Shown here piece after piece: positions 1 to 12,609 of a DNA stretch of 64,000 nt. This DNA is from Lama glama. Taxonomy: Eukaryota. The DNA lies in NCBI GenBank assembly GCA_028534125.1, contig CM052816.1, positions 66,466,001 to 66,530,000 of the forward strand, read 5' to 3'. How positions within the stretch are numbered: position 1 is the first letter of the stretch; the number at the start of each line of letters is the position of its first letter. The translations under genes and the position numbers were made by a program. The notes under the pieces were generated by a model. That model saw only the letters and a list, made by a program, of their open reading frames with translations, ran no database searches and was not told where the DNA came from.

Positions 1-1957
1 ATATATAAAGTATGTTTATAGTTTGCATTCTTCCTGTTATTATATATGTTTGAAAAACAGTAATTGAGAAAGGGTCACCTTAACAACAATTTACTTGTTA
101 AATTAAATCAATAAATGAGCTTTAACTAAACATACTACAGAAAACAGTCTTTGAGTTTTTTATATGTACATATTTTTTCATGATAGCATTTGGGCATTTT
201 AATTTTTAAACTTCAAAAATCAAGTTCAATGAATAAAATACATCATAAATAACTCCATCCACAAGCAAATTAGTTTTGTTACCTATTTTTATATTAATTA
301 TGCATTAAAGTTCTGACTAAAATACGGAATTACAATGCTTACAACAACAAAGTTAGTAAGAAATATTTAAAATATTTCTTAAGGCAGGAATTTCATACAG
401 CTTTGTAACATTTTAATGACCTTTCTGGACATCCTAAGCAATTATCATAAGAAAATAAAAATCAAGATGCAATGTGGTTGATTTTTTAGTAAATTATTTT
501 GACATAAAGACTTCAGTGCATATAAGGGGTTGACATTAAATGCTAACAATCTACTTTCAAAGTCTACTGTCAATGTTTACTTATAATCAAATATGATTAA
601 TTTAGCCAGTTGGCTTCTGGCAGTACCTCCAATAATGGGAAATTATCATAAGCCAATATATCTTGATTGCAACAGCCTGTACCTTTATTGTCTATCCAGA
701 TTCTTTTCACATCAAGTCTTTAATGAAAAACTAAGTCACAAATAGAGGTATCAGAAGATACACAATGGGGCAACTGTTCTCTGGTACAAATTAAATTTTC
801 AATAACTGACATAGTAATTTGAGGGCTTCCATTATATAATCCTTCAACAAACAATTAAATTCGGCAGATTTTTTTCACTGAACAGTCCAGTTAGTATATA
901 TCTTAACATACACAGCCCATACTATAAGCGAAAAGTAAACTGAAGCATAGGTTTAAAGCACAATTTTTGAGGAGATAGTTTGAAACATTTAAGCACGAAT
1001 TAAAGTCAAATATTTATATTGTTGGATTGGGCAGCACAGGTGGACTCTCAAGAGAGACAACACCTTCCAAATGGTGTGTTCCATTCTCCTCTCAATCTCA
1101 TTCATAAAGTGTCTTTCTGTTATGCAATGGGAGCACTCTGCTTGGTAATGAACACAGGCTGATTTTTAGCGTTAACTGGTTGTACACACAAACAAGAAAG
1201 CATCACTCATCCTTACTTAAAAACAAAACTTAAGCAAGATGCTTAAGCAGAGGCACCGCTGCACCAGAGTCAAAGGAAGCAAACATAAGAATGTGACTGA
1301 AATAGGGAACAGGGAACGTACAACAAATGAGCACATCACCCAGGAAAGCTCAGAGGAGAGTCTCCGAAACGCAGGAGTAAACCAGTTGTGTGGTTTACAG
1401 CAATAAAGGGCTTGCATCTTACTGGGATGAGTCAAGCCCCAACATGTTCGCTATTTTCCGCTGATTCTAATAGGACGCTAATTGAAGAAAGGGAACTTTG
1501 CGGACCCTAACATTGGCTTCTCCTCTCTTAACGCGCACTTAACCAATTGGTATGCTCTCTATTCGGACTCCAATAGAGAGGTCGCAACCCCCAACCCGGC
1601 CTTAAGTTCGTGCGTTTAAACCGCGATCACAACCAAGGAAGCCTGGAGGGGTAATCAATGTCAATACAAGACTGCATGTTCCTCTGACTTTTGTTTGCTC
1701 AGGTTTACGTTTTAGACACTCATCTTCCTTGCAAATCCTAGGAAGATAATGTACATTCCTATCCCTTATCAAAACGGCCCCAATCATAGGCCTGAGGAGC
1801 GCAGAGCACCCCAGTTCTGTGCCCAGGACCAAGTCAGCCGCATCCCCGCGGGTGGTCGCCTAGACCTGCCTTTAGGTCGGGCACAATTTGTGCATGGAGC
1901 GAGGGAGAAAGCACTCTCTCAATTCCTCCCGAGGCCACACTTTCTGTATAGACCCAC

Positions 1958-1981
1958 CTGCATGGGAGCTTCGTGTCTCAT
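1958..1981 (-). CDS. RAB3C: RAB3C first coding exon (MRHEAPMQ), phase-0 donor; the gene continues off the left edge
   Basis: Minus strand reads ATG AGA CAC GAA GCT CCC ATG CAG|GTGGGT. MRHEAPMQ is the N-terminus of mammalian RAB3C. The exon sits in a CpG island, downstream of GAPT on the same strand, as in the known PLK2-GAPT-RAB3C synteny. Confidence 0.93.
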
Positions 1982-2168
1982 TGTTCGCAAAGTGTCCTTT
2001 CTCCCTGGCTAAGACAGCGCTGGCCAGGGCGCCGGGTCAAGCGTGCACTGCCCGCGCTTCACGCTCCACACTGCACTCCTGGGGTTCGCTAACCGGCTCC
2101 AACATCAGGACCGGAGCTATCCCTTCCTGGCGCCGCACACGCGTACTGGCTGGGAGCCCCGGGCGCTT

Positions 2169-2238
2169 CTGGGAGTTGTAGTCTGGTCCAGCTGAGCTTT
2201 CCCGTAAACTGGTGAGCCATAAACTACAGTTCCCGGCA
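2169..2238. promoter_or_regulatory. Two divergent ACTACAnnTCCC (ZNF143/THAP11-HCF1 type) motifs
   Basis: CTGGGAGTTGTAGTC at 2169-2183 (reverse complement GACTACAACTCCCAG) and ACTACAGTTCCCGGCA at 2223-2238 match the ACTAYRnnnCCCR promoter motif. Confidence 0.75.
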
Positions 2239-2760
2239 AGCCAGCACGAAACAGGCTGCTCCTCCAGCTTGCCTCCGCCACGGAGCCTCCCTTCACCAGC
2301 TTTGGACTCGCTTCTGGTTGTGACTGCTCTCTGTCTCCTAGACTATTTCCTCACAAGGTGCAGGCGAAAGCGACCCCAGCTCATTTCAGCTGGAGATTTT
2401 TCTTTGCTACCTATCGCCTTCTGAAGCTAGACTGTGGTTTTTCTGGTTAGGAAATGTACTACTTTGTGCTAATTCCCAAAACGAACGAAACCTGCGCTGC
2501 GTTCTGGGACTCTCCTCCCTACACCTCTCCATCCCAAATCGGGAAAGTTTATACAATTACATAGACAAAGTAGGGTAGTTTTACAGTCTCATTCAACAAA
2601 CGCGGGGGAGAACGACGATAAATGGCACACACATACAGTGGTTTACTCGCACAATTGCACTGAGAAGGCGCTCCTACGCGCGAAAACAGACACACACACC
2701 CCAAAGTCGGTCAAAGCGAGATTTCGCGCAAAGCATGCAGAGGAACTCCCTTCTGCTTAC

Positions 2761-2778
2761 CTTTCCGTACAGCTCCAT
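2761..2778 (-). CDS. RAB3C: Candidate alternative upstream RAB3C first coding exon (MELYGK)
   Basis: Minus strand reads gcaATGGAGCTGTACGGAAAG|GTAAGC: strong Kozak context (G at -3, G at +4), near-consensus donor, and the same phase 0 as the MRHEAPMQ exon. Confidence 0.65.
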
Positions 2779-3589
2779 TGCAACTCGAGGTTCCAAAAGC
2801 CTCAGTTATTCCTCTTGCTACAAATGAGGTTAGGGTCTTACGCAGGAAGCGGAGCTCAACGCACAACACAATGGAAGCGGTGGGGGTGGCGGCTGGCGGA
2901 GGAAGAAACGAGGGACGTGGAGAGCACAGCTGATTTAGATAGATGGTTTCTTTCCTCTGGAGGGAACGCGTGGAGTCTTCAAGTAGCAGCTGCAGAGAAA
3001 GAGCTGAGTCTCTTAGGAAGTGCATGGGGCGCGAGCGCGCTGGGCAGCCCCTCCCCAGGCCCTCCCCCAGGCACCTTCCACCGACATTAGTGCGCGCACA
3101 CACACAGCCGCTGCCGGCTGCGGGCTGGAGAGCTGATAGGGCACTTGGTTATTTACCCAAAGCAAGTCACATGAAATGAACACATTCATCACCAGAGCCC
3201 AGAAGCACAGTCACAGAAAAAGATAGGAGACCTCTATTAAGTTATCCTGTCCTTTCTTTAACACAGTCATTCCTTACATTACAATCGTACTCCTTTCAGA
3301 CTAGCTCAAAAATGTTTTTGAAATCTCGAAACTGTACTTTTATTACACTTATCTTCTCCCCTTAGTTGACTAATATGTGTGACTATCCATGTTCTCTGTA
3401 CCGATCTAAAAGCACCCTTCTCCCCATATAAACGTTAATCAATCCAGTAATGATCCCTGCCTTTCACATGTGGTCAAAATGATTATCGGACGCAGAATGG
3501 GAAAGGAATGAACTTGATACTGACAGAGACATGGAAGTAATAATTTAAATCAGCTTGAAATTTCATTGTATTAGACAAAGCAGTAGAAC

Positions 3590-3765
3590 GAAGGTTCTTA
3601 AATGTGCTTGAAAATCTACTGAGGGTGTTAAAATTCATATTGTCAGGCATATGTAGAAATTCTGATTAACTAGATGTGATGAGGTGTCTGGGAATTAGCA
3701 TTTAAACAAACACTCCAGCAATTCTGATGCAAGTGGTCCTTTTCCATAATTTGAGAAACCCTGCC
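3590..3765. mobile_element. MER5-like hAT-Charlie MITE
   Basis: Typical MER5 wording: ...ggaattagcatttaaacaaacactccagcaattctgatgca...tttgagaaaccctg. Confidence 0.6.
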
Positions 3766-3791
3766 TTAAAATTTTTTATATTTAATATTAA

Positions 3792-3913
3792 GAGGAAGCT
3801 CTAATTCAAAAAGACACATGCACCCCAATGTTCATAGCAGCACTATTTACAATAGCCAAGATATGGAAACAACCTAAATGTCCATCCACAGATGAATGGA
3901 TAAAGAAGTTGTG

Positions 3914-3959
<46 letters not shown>

Positions 3960-4455
3960 ATATTACTCAGCCTTAAAAAAGACTAAAATAATGTCATTTG
4001 CAGCAACATGGATGGACTGGAGTTTGTCATTCTAAGTAAGCCAGAAACAGAAAGAAAAACACCATATGATATTCTTTATATGTGGAATCTAAATAAATGA
4101 CAAAAATGAACTTATTTACAAAATAGAGACAGACTCATAGACATAGAAAACAAACTTACGGTTACCAAGGGGAAAAGGGGGTGGGAAGGGATAAATTGGG
4201 AGTTTGAGATTTGCACATACTAACTGTTGAATATAAAATAGATAAGCAACAAGTTTATACTTTATAGCACTGGGAACTATATTCAATATCTTGTAGTAAC
4301 CTATAATGAAAAAGAATATGACAAGGAATACAGGTATGTATGTATGTATGTGTGTGTGTGTATATATGACTGAAACATTATGCTCTAGCCAGAAATTGAC
4401 ACATTGTAAAATGATTATACTTCAATTTAAAAAATTAAAAAGAATCACTAAAAAA
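3792..4455 (+). mobile_element. 5'-truncated L1 (ORF2 end + 3'UTR), young lineage-specific type
   Basis: gacacatgcaccccaatgttcatagcagcactatttacaatagccaag... ending ccagaaattgacacattgtaaa...A-rich tail; internal (CA)n. Confidence 0.9.
3917..3957. repeat. (CA)~20 microsatellite inside L1
   Basis: Direct reading. Confidence 0.95.
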
Positions 4456-5459
4456 AAGTACACATCCTCAAAAAAATTTATATGTAAGAATTTTTCAAAG
4501 ATACAAACCTCAAAATTTTCACAGGTTGACTCAGTATTGCAACAACAATGTATTGGGAACCTACCATATTCAAAACATCCCATTAATTTTAGGTTGTATT
4601 TTTGGTTTTGCTTTTGTTTTTGCTGTTTTGTTGTTTTTTTTTAAGGAAATTTAAGATCTATCTTCTAAGCTTGCAATCACTGAGAACATAATGCAGTATC
4701 ATCTAGGTAAATCATTTTCATAACTACTTAGAAAACATATTTTAAAATGATCCCCTCATAGGTGAGGTTATGTGATGGTTAGAGCAATTTCATTTAAATT
4801 AGCTAATAACAAATAAAGCTGAAATGTAAAAAGGAATCCAATATCAATATGTTTCATGGTAGCACATTAAAGTAAGACTTCTGCAATTTTTTTAGATCTA
4901 TGTAAAGGTGCACTACTTTGTAATTTTTTTCCCAGAGAAGTACCAACAAAATAATATCGACACTTAGATGTATATAGTTATTGGCAGTTAATAATAAAAA
5001 TTTGCACAGTTACTTACAGCATGTCTTTCTTCAGAAGAATTTCCTATGATTTTTGTACTATCATCACCTTCTGAAATTCTCAGAAATCAGAATCTGATAC
5101 CACAGAACATGTTGAAATATTACAAATATTGAATTGTTATGGATTTACTGTTATTTAAGTTTACTCCTTGTTAAAATCTTACTACAGATTTACTACAGTG
5201 ATATACTTCCTCAGTTTTCTAGTATGTCTCTTATTTGGAAGAACCTATGAAAATTGAATTGTGAAAAAAAAAACTAGAGTTGCAAAAGGTTTGGGGGAAA
5301 TTAGTTCTGTCCTGTTTCTCCTGCCTTAGATATTTACAGGGTAGAGGGAGTACAAAAACAAAACAAAACAAAACTAGCCAGGGGTCAACTAAACAAATAA
5401 AAGTGGACTGGAACTGATTATCTCTCTAAAGACAGAAGAGCATTTTACCTTTGCTTGAA

Positions 5460-5770
5460 ATTAGGCCACTGTCTATGAGTGTCATTCCCAAGGTTACCAA
5501 ATGACCGCTGGAGTGTCAGCTCTTACATCTACCTACCAGCTGGCAAGAAGGAAGAAATGATGAAGAAGGACATTCCCACATCCCCTTAAGTACACCAGTG
5601 TGCATATATTATAGTGCCTAGAACTTAATCTTATGGTCATACCTACTTGCAAGGGAGGCTGGGAGATATAGTCCCTATTCTGGGTGAACATGCACCCAGC
5701 TGAAAATCAGGAATTCTATTACAAAAGAAGGGAAGAATGGGTATTGGGAGACGGCTAGTGGTCTCTACTA
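5460..5770. mobile_element. Degenerate MLT1-like (MaLR) LTR fragment
   Basis: ...tatggtcatacctacttgcaagggaggctgggagatatagtc... resembles the MLT1J/K/L end. Confidence 0.45.
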
Positions 5771-7074
5771 TGGAGCATAAGGGGGACTATAAGATAAAGT
5801 TTGCTGCTTTTTTCCCTTTGCAATTTTACTGAAATGTAAATGTCTAATTATATTAAAGCTTACCCATTCCTGGGGATCGCTGTAATTTAACAGCAATCAA
5901 AGCCTTAAAATCCAGGAATTACCCCCAAATTAGAACAGCCTGGCTCTTGTTGAGGAAACAGTGAAAGTGGGAGGCCTCCACTTATTTATGAATCTTGGGT
6001 GAGTTGATATTAAAATTTTTTAAAGGCAAAATAGAATTAATATGCAAAGAGGCTACCAGTGAATGTCACCAAGTATGTAAGATGTGCACTTCCCATGTTA
6101 GAAAGCAGAGCAGGCTGTAAGGTCCTGAAGTCCAGAGAGGGTGACTTACCCAGGGTCTCATGGATTATTGGAGGAATAGCTGGGATAAGAACTCTTAAAT
6201 CTTTGTCTCTGGGTTCAGTTTTCTTTTTCTTGTCCAATATGACTATTCATTATCGACTGGCTTTTTGCTGTCCCATGTTTATCCGATATTGACTAGCATT
6301 CACTCTGCTTTTTGCATCTATCTAGTTTATCTATTATTCACTTTGCTGTTATCAGCCCCTGTCTGTATCAGCTCTTTAAACAATAAAATTCTATCAGGTA
6401 GGGTTGAAAGGGGATACTGTATTTGGCTAAAACAGAGCCAAGAGCAAGGATAACTAATTAAGTATTAATTAGTAATGATGATGTTGGTTAAATAAAAATT
6501 AGCAAAGATATTTTGTTTCCACCATTGGTACCATCCCTCTATTAGGACTTAACACTGAAAAATAAAGTGACTGAGGGTTGGAATAAGAGATTAGTATGAC
6601 TGTGAGAATTCACTTACTCCCTCATGCAAGCCTTATTCAAATCCACAGTGCAAGGATATGGCTGGGTGTCTAATTCTAGATGTTTCCAGAAGGATTTCCC
6701 AAACAAGCAGGAGGCTTTTCTGGACTGAGCCCTGTTACCTTTGTCTGACTCTCTGTGTTAGGGCTGGCTTTGATTTCAACTTTGTGCAACATCTGTAGCA
6801 AGAAATGCTATTGATTGTCTCATGTTCCCTTTGGAAGAAATTAAATATCCCCATGATGTTATTGATTTCTTTTTAATTAAAAGGAAAAAATCATCTTAAC
6901 TCATTCTTGCTCATGATGTTTTGAACCCACAGTTAATCAATATGAGTAAGGTACTTTGTAAAAACAGAGAAATATACTGCAACTGAATGAAAAGAAAATG
7001 ATGCTTTCTTTCTATAACGTGATACGATACTACTAGTGATAGATCCCCTTTCTTCAACATCTACTCTCTGGTAG

Positions 7075-7245
7075 GTACTTTGTCTACATGATTCCATTTA
7101 ATCCTCAATAATATTGCAAGGCAGTATTATTAACCTTATTTTACAAAGAAGAATAGTAATAGAAAGATTAACACCTAGCTACCAAGATGTTGGGCCAGGA
7201 CTTAAAGCTCAGGGTTATCTAATTGAAAAGCCCAGACTCCTGCCC
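7075..7245. mobile_element. MIR SINE
   Basis: catgattccatttaatcctcaata...attattaaccttattttaca... core-like sequence. Confidence 0.6.
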
Positions 7246-9509
7246 ATAGTTTTTCTCACAAAAGGTAATGTTGCTCCAAAATAATGTTTTAAATGTCTTA
7301 CAAAGAAGTTTTACCAGACTTTGTTGTTGTTGTCGTTGACCTTACCTGGAAACAATGATACTACATATAGTCCTCTCATGGAATGACTGGGTTACTGATA
7401 TCTTTCCATACAACACTTTTTAATTTGAAAACTGTCAGCACTTTCAGATACTGACTCATCTGATGCACTAGAAATATTAAGGAGCTTTGTATCAATGTCA
7501 GATCTTTTGGTGAAGTGTATAGGTTATATATTTTAAGCTCTCAAAAGGCAGTTTTAGAATAAACAGATTATAGTTATGCAAATTAGGAGAACGAGGAATT
7601 CTTAGCAACAATCCCCACAATTCATACAAAGTAATTATACAGGTTTCAGATTGGTAATCTTGAGTCATGGTTATGTGACCTACATCTTTAGGAAGCTATG
7701 GTGTACTTCCAAAGAAATAGATACTATTATCTTTTTTTTTTAAATCATTACCTGGTAAAGCTATTACAAAATTTGAAACCAATTTTATAATCAAGACCCA
7801 ACTTAACTATGTGTAGTTTAGAGACTAAGCTTTCTACCTCTAGGCTTCTGTCCAGGCAAAAGAAGAGCCAATCTAACAAACTGACTCTGAGAACAGAGCA
7901 GGGCCCTAAGCAGAATCTCTTAGGAGACTTGCAACAGTGTGGAGTGTGTGTGTGTGTTTCCAGGGTGAGGGTGGAAGTTGGGGGCAGGGAGATGGAAGAG
8001 CACGCTGTGGCATTCAGCCAGAGTACCTGTGACAATCAGCCTACGTGCCTTCAAAGCTGGGTGCCTAGAGTTACTCTCTCGTCGCTCTGAGCTGAGCTTA
8101 CATCTCAGAGGTAAGTCCACCTAAGAAGAAAAATGAGGCTCACGACAAACATCTATTCCTGGACTTCTATAGCATTTAAAAAATGACAGACTGGTACACA
8201 AAGAAGGGATCACATAGATAATCTGGCTCAATCCCCCCGTTTTATGGGTTACAAATTATATCCCAGAAAAGTGAAATAACCTGTCTAAAGCCCTACAGGT
8301 CAACCTATTCTGTTGAATGTGGTCTAACAAATATTAGGGGGAACGAGGCTATTTTGAAAGTATGTTACAATTTAATAATATAATCAATTTTGTGTGTATC
8401 AATCATTTTCTTTGAGCTATTTTTAGGTATACATATTATAATTTAAAATGGAGAGTTAAAAAAGGAAAAGACACTACCCTCATCCTCAAGGGGGCTCCAA
8501 ACTAGTTCAGAAGACCAGATATAGGTAACAGATAACAGGACATCAGTGACAGGGATAACACAAAGCAGGGCCTGATTAGCTGTCTGCCCATTGTTATCAG
8601 TAGTAACTGCTTTAAAGATTTATAGGAAAGAGTAATTAGTTCAAGGATATTCTGCAGAGAAGTTAAATTATGCCTCTGGATAAGAAGGTCATCCAATTGT
8701 AAATGTAGAAGGAGAGACAAAGACTAAGAGAACTTCCAAGGAACTTAAAGATGATTTAGGTCTTTTTTCTGAATTTGCAGATAAAGAAATCAGGCTCAGA
8801 TATGAGTCATGACTCACCTAGCATCACACTAATTAATAACGGAGCCAGGACTAATATGCATTTCACATGACATCAAGACCAGAGTTTTTGTAAATATACA
8901 ACAGTTCAACAATCATTACTTTGGACTTGAACACTTATTTGCTATCTCATAACTTGACCAAACTTTTGCTCAAAAGTCATGACGTTACCACACATTATAT
9001 CAGAACTGAAACACCTCCTCCAGAAAGATGTGTGATCTGATGGTTAGCTCTCCTCTGCTGGTTGAGAAACTGGGTATAAGATCTGAGGAGAGTTGAAGTA
9101 TCATACTGTCTTTTTCAAATAAGGGCTTATTAAACATAATAAATTCTGTTATTTTTCAAATGTGACATAAGCTACAGATCCAAAGTTTTAGTATTTTTCT
9201 AATTAAAAATTAAGTGTGACCCACATCCCCACATATTAAGATGGTTATAAAGTTTAGTATCAACTGATCTGACAGAAATAGGGATAAAGGTTTCTCCCTC
9301 CTTACTTCCTCCTTGGATTGCACAAGAACTCTGGAGAATGGGCAGGATAGCAAAATGGTAGATGCTGGACATCTTCCATGGTCACTGATGTGGCTTTTTT
9401 TTCAGGTCAACATGGCCCATTTGTAGGTAGATAGCACCATTCTCCCCATGGCAAGCTAGGCCACAGAGATCCTGATCAAAATCCCAAAGTCATAGGTACA
9501 CAGGGTATG

Positions 9510-9990
9510 AGTTAGGGGTTGTGTAACAACCTCAAAACTCAGTGATATAAACATTCTTAGTTCATGACACTGTGAGTTGCCAATTGGGTGTAGGCTTTGT
9601 TGAGTGGTTCTTTCTGTCTCATTTGAGTTCACACATACCTCTGTGGTTGGCTACAAGTCAGCAAAGTGGCTTCTTAGGGTTGTTTGGCTATTGCATGGGG
9701 AATGGGAGAGGGACCATGTGTCTCTTATAGAGTAGGCTAACTCCAATCTGTACCCATGATGGTTTTCAGGGTTCTAAGAGGAAGAGCAGAAACACACAAA
9801 ACCTCTTAACACCTAGATCTGCCAACTGGCATAGCATCCCTTCCACTGCAGTATTTTGACCAGAAGGTGTCACAATTCAGCTCAGATTGAAGAGATGGAG
9901 AAATAAACTCCTTGGTGACGGGAGCTGCACAATCACATTTCAAAAGAACTCAGATACAGGAAGGTGTGGAAAATGTGGCCACTGCTACAA
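9510..9990. mobile_element. MLT1-family MaLR solo LTR
   Basis: gtgtaacaacctcaaaactcagtgatataaac...ttccactgcagtattttgacc...gggagctgcacaatcacatttcaaaag...; typical MLT1 text. Confidence 0.65.
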
Positions 9991-11039
9991 TCTGCTACAC
10001 ACAGACCAGCATTGCATCAAGGCTCTGCCACCTCAAAGGCTCTGCATTCCTGGGAGTGCCTGGCTCCCCGCTGCTCTTGACACCTGAACTCCCACCACCT
10101 TCCTGGTTTCAGGGGCTCTACCAGCCTCACAGGGCCCCTCTTCCGTCCTCAATCACAGTACTTCTGCTGGTTAATTTTCTCTTTGAGTAATCCAGTTGAA
10201 TTACTTACATGGACCCAAACCTTTAATAACAAAGATGTGTCCCAAAAAATGCCTTCCAGTACCCCTTCAACAGCTGACTAATTCTTATTCTGACTGTTAA
10301 CTCCAGGAGGTAAGGAAGGTCAAGGTTCCTAGACAGAAGAACTCACAAGCCCCGTCACCCCTACTGCAAGGGAAGAAACACCTTTCATCTGTGATCATTC
10401 TATAGAGAAAAACGTGACTCAGTCATTTCTCAACAGCTATTTGGTCACATTTAATTCTCAGTTACTCTCCCTGCCACAAAATCTATAGGAAACTTGAGCT
10501 AGAAATATTATCAATCATCTCTAAGACAAGTTTTTATGAGCAACATTTTGTCCCCAAAGGTGTTATCTATGTCAAATAAATCTATTTCTTCTATCTGATC
10601 CATTAGCTCTTCCATAGTCTGAGTACGTATGTGTTCCTGAAAGGAGGAATATTACATCATTACAAAGCATGCATTTAGCTCCCATTGAAGCGATTATAGT
10701 TGAAGTACACTTTTCTTTACATAGCCATGACTCACTGAATGATGCATGTTCTTGATTTTATTTGCTAATGACCCTGATATAAACAATAGTTTTGCTTCAT
10801 AATAACAAAGACCTCTTCAAGGAGAAGCTTATTAAACTATTAAAATCAGATTAAGCACAGATTCCGTATGAGCATAGATTAGTACCTTGTCTTTAAGATG
10901 GCCAGAGTATTCCATAGGAAGGAGAAGAAGGGTGAGAAGGTCGGATTTACTAAGACTTACTTTATACTAGGGATTGTGCTAGACATTTCACATAGTTTAA
11001 CTTAATGTTTACACTAGCAAGAGGCAAATATGATTGTTG

Positions 11040-11430
11040 TCTGTATAAACAGGAAAAGATGGCACAGTCTAACTGGGTAATTGGTAGAAAATTTAATAAA
11101 GGGGCTATTTACAGAGCCGTGGGCAGTGTTAATGGAACCCAACAAGGGAGAGTAGCGTACTTGAGGACTAGCAGCAACAGAGTACAGGGGAGAAGTTACA
11201 GCTGGATGGCCAAGGTCCAGAAAGGGAGCATTTGAAGAGAAGAGAACTTGCTGTGGAAGACGGAGCCTGAAGTGGAAGAAAATAACCAACCACCAGCTCC
11301 CTGTTGAACCCAATCAGAATCCTGAGCCGTGGAGTCTGTTGATGCAGTCCCATTATTCAGCCTCCTAAGACACAGAGCAGGGAGAAGAATGGTAGAGCAG
11401 CGAGGAGAAGGAGGGCAAATAGGAGATACT
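11040..11430. mobile_element. Old LTR-like element inserted into a MIR (MIR halves ~10950-11035 and ~11435-11540)
   Basis: MIR core text (ctagacatttcacatagtttaacttaat / cccattgtaaagatgagcaaattgag) is interrupted by ~400 bp of GA-rich LTR-like sequence. Confidence 0.4.
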
Positions 11431-12609
11431 AGCATACTGTCCCATTGTAAAGATGAGCAAATTGAGATTCAAAGAAAATAATAACTTTTGTAGGTCACAG
11501 AGGCCAAAGAGAATTTAAACTCAGATTGTTCTAGTTCTCTTTGCATTCATTATATGTACTAACTATACTATTGAGCTTGATTAAGAGAAAAATGATTTAT
11601 AATTTCATCATAGAGAGTTTTTCCAAAATTCCATCCATTTTCCTCATTTAACTGTCACATCCTTAACATCCCCAGAACTGCAGTCAAGTGTATACATGTA
11701 TCAACACATTTCAGCTGGACCCTGGAGTAGTCTCTATGTACTATCTCTCTTTCAGCTGCTTTGATTACTGTTTCTTAATATGAATAATTCCACTAGTGAA
11801 TTTTTAAATTACTCAAGTCAACAAATATTTATGAGTTGCCCACTACACACCGTATTTGTTTTTGACAATGTAAAGGGTACAGCTGATGTATTTGACATGG
11901 TTCATACTTTTCAGTGCTTATAATCTTGCTTAAAATAAAAAAGTGATATGTGCTCCAGGAGACCAGAGGTCCTGTTTAACTTGTTCACTACTTTTTGATC
12001 AATACCTGAAAGAGAATCTGGCACACAGTAGCTGCTCAACAAATTTTGATGAATTAATGAACAATAGAAAATGTAAAATACTGGAAATCAAATATAATGA
12101 AGCTCATTACTGTGTGGCACACGTAGTAAAGGGTTAGGAGGCTTGGGAGGATGAATTTTGGGGAGGATGACTGAAGACCGAGGAAGCTTTGTTGAAAATG
12201 GGGATGTTCGGAGGAACTTGAAAAGATGAACATGGTTTAATAGATATAAATGTGAAAGACATTTGGGTTCTTGAGAGGGGGACTTTAGGTACTTGAGAGG
12301 GGAAATGGTTCAGAGGACTAGGTTTTTGTGGGTTCTGGGCTCCCACAGGTTTTTCCTACAGGAAATGAAGGCAAACATGCTAAAAGGAAGAAGTATGCTC
12401 TGCAGGAACCCACTCTCCCCTTTCTGGTGCCTTCACAGATCTTCTTCATCCTCATTTCCTACCCTCCTTCCACTCTGGAACATCTCATTTCCCCAACAAT
12501 GTTGGCTGTTTTAGATTGCATGGTATTCAGGAAAACCTGCTTATCTAGCCTCCCTTCTTAGCATTAGGCTTTGTTTAGTGATTTCAAGCACTAAATTAAA
12601 GTTTTGTCA

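Larger units (their letters stand above)
1480..3130. promoter_or_regulatory. RAB3C: CpG island / RAB3C promoter region
   Basis: Sharp rise in GC and CpG (cgcg, gcgcgc runs) against AT-rich flanks; contains both candidate first exons. Confidence 0.88.

Noticed and set aside
2005..2120. REST/NRSE-like half sites in the RAB3C 5' region
   Set aside because: Only partial matches (GACAGCGC, TCAGGACC), without canonical spacing.
1602..3179. Overlapping 70-150 aa ORFs in the CpG island
   Set aside because: Expected in GC-rich DNA, with no recognisable homology; only the two micro-exons are supported.
8105..8118. Consensus-like + strand donor GAG|GTAAGT (and a minus-strand one near 63704)
   Set aside because: Isolated splice-like motifs occur by chance; no exon chain could be built.
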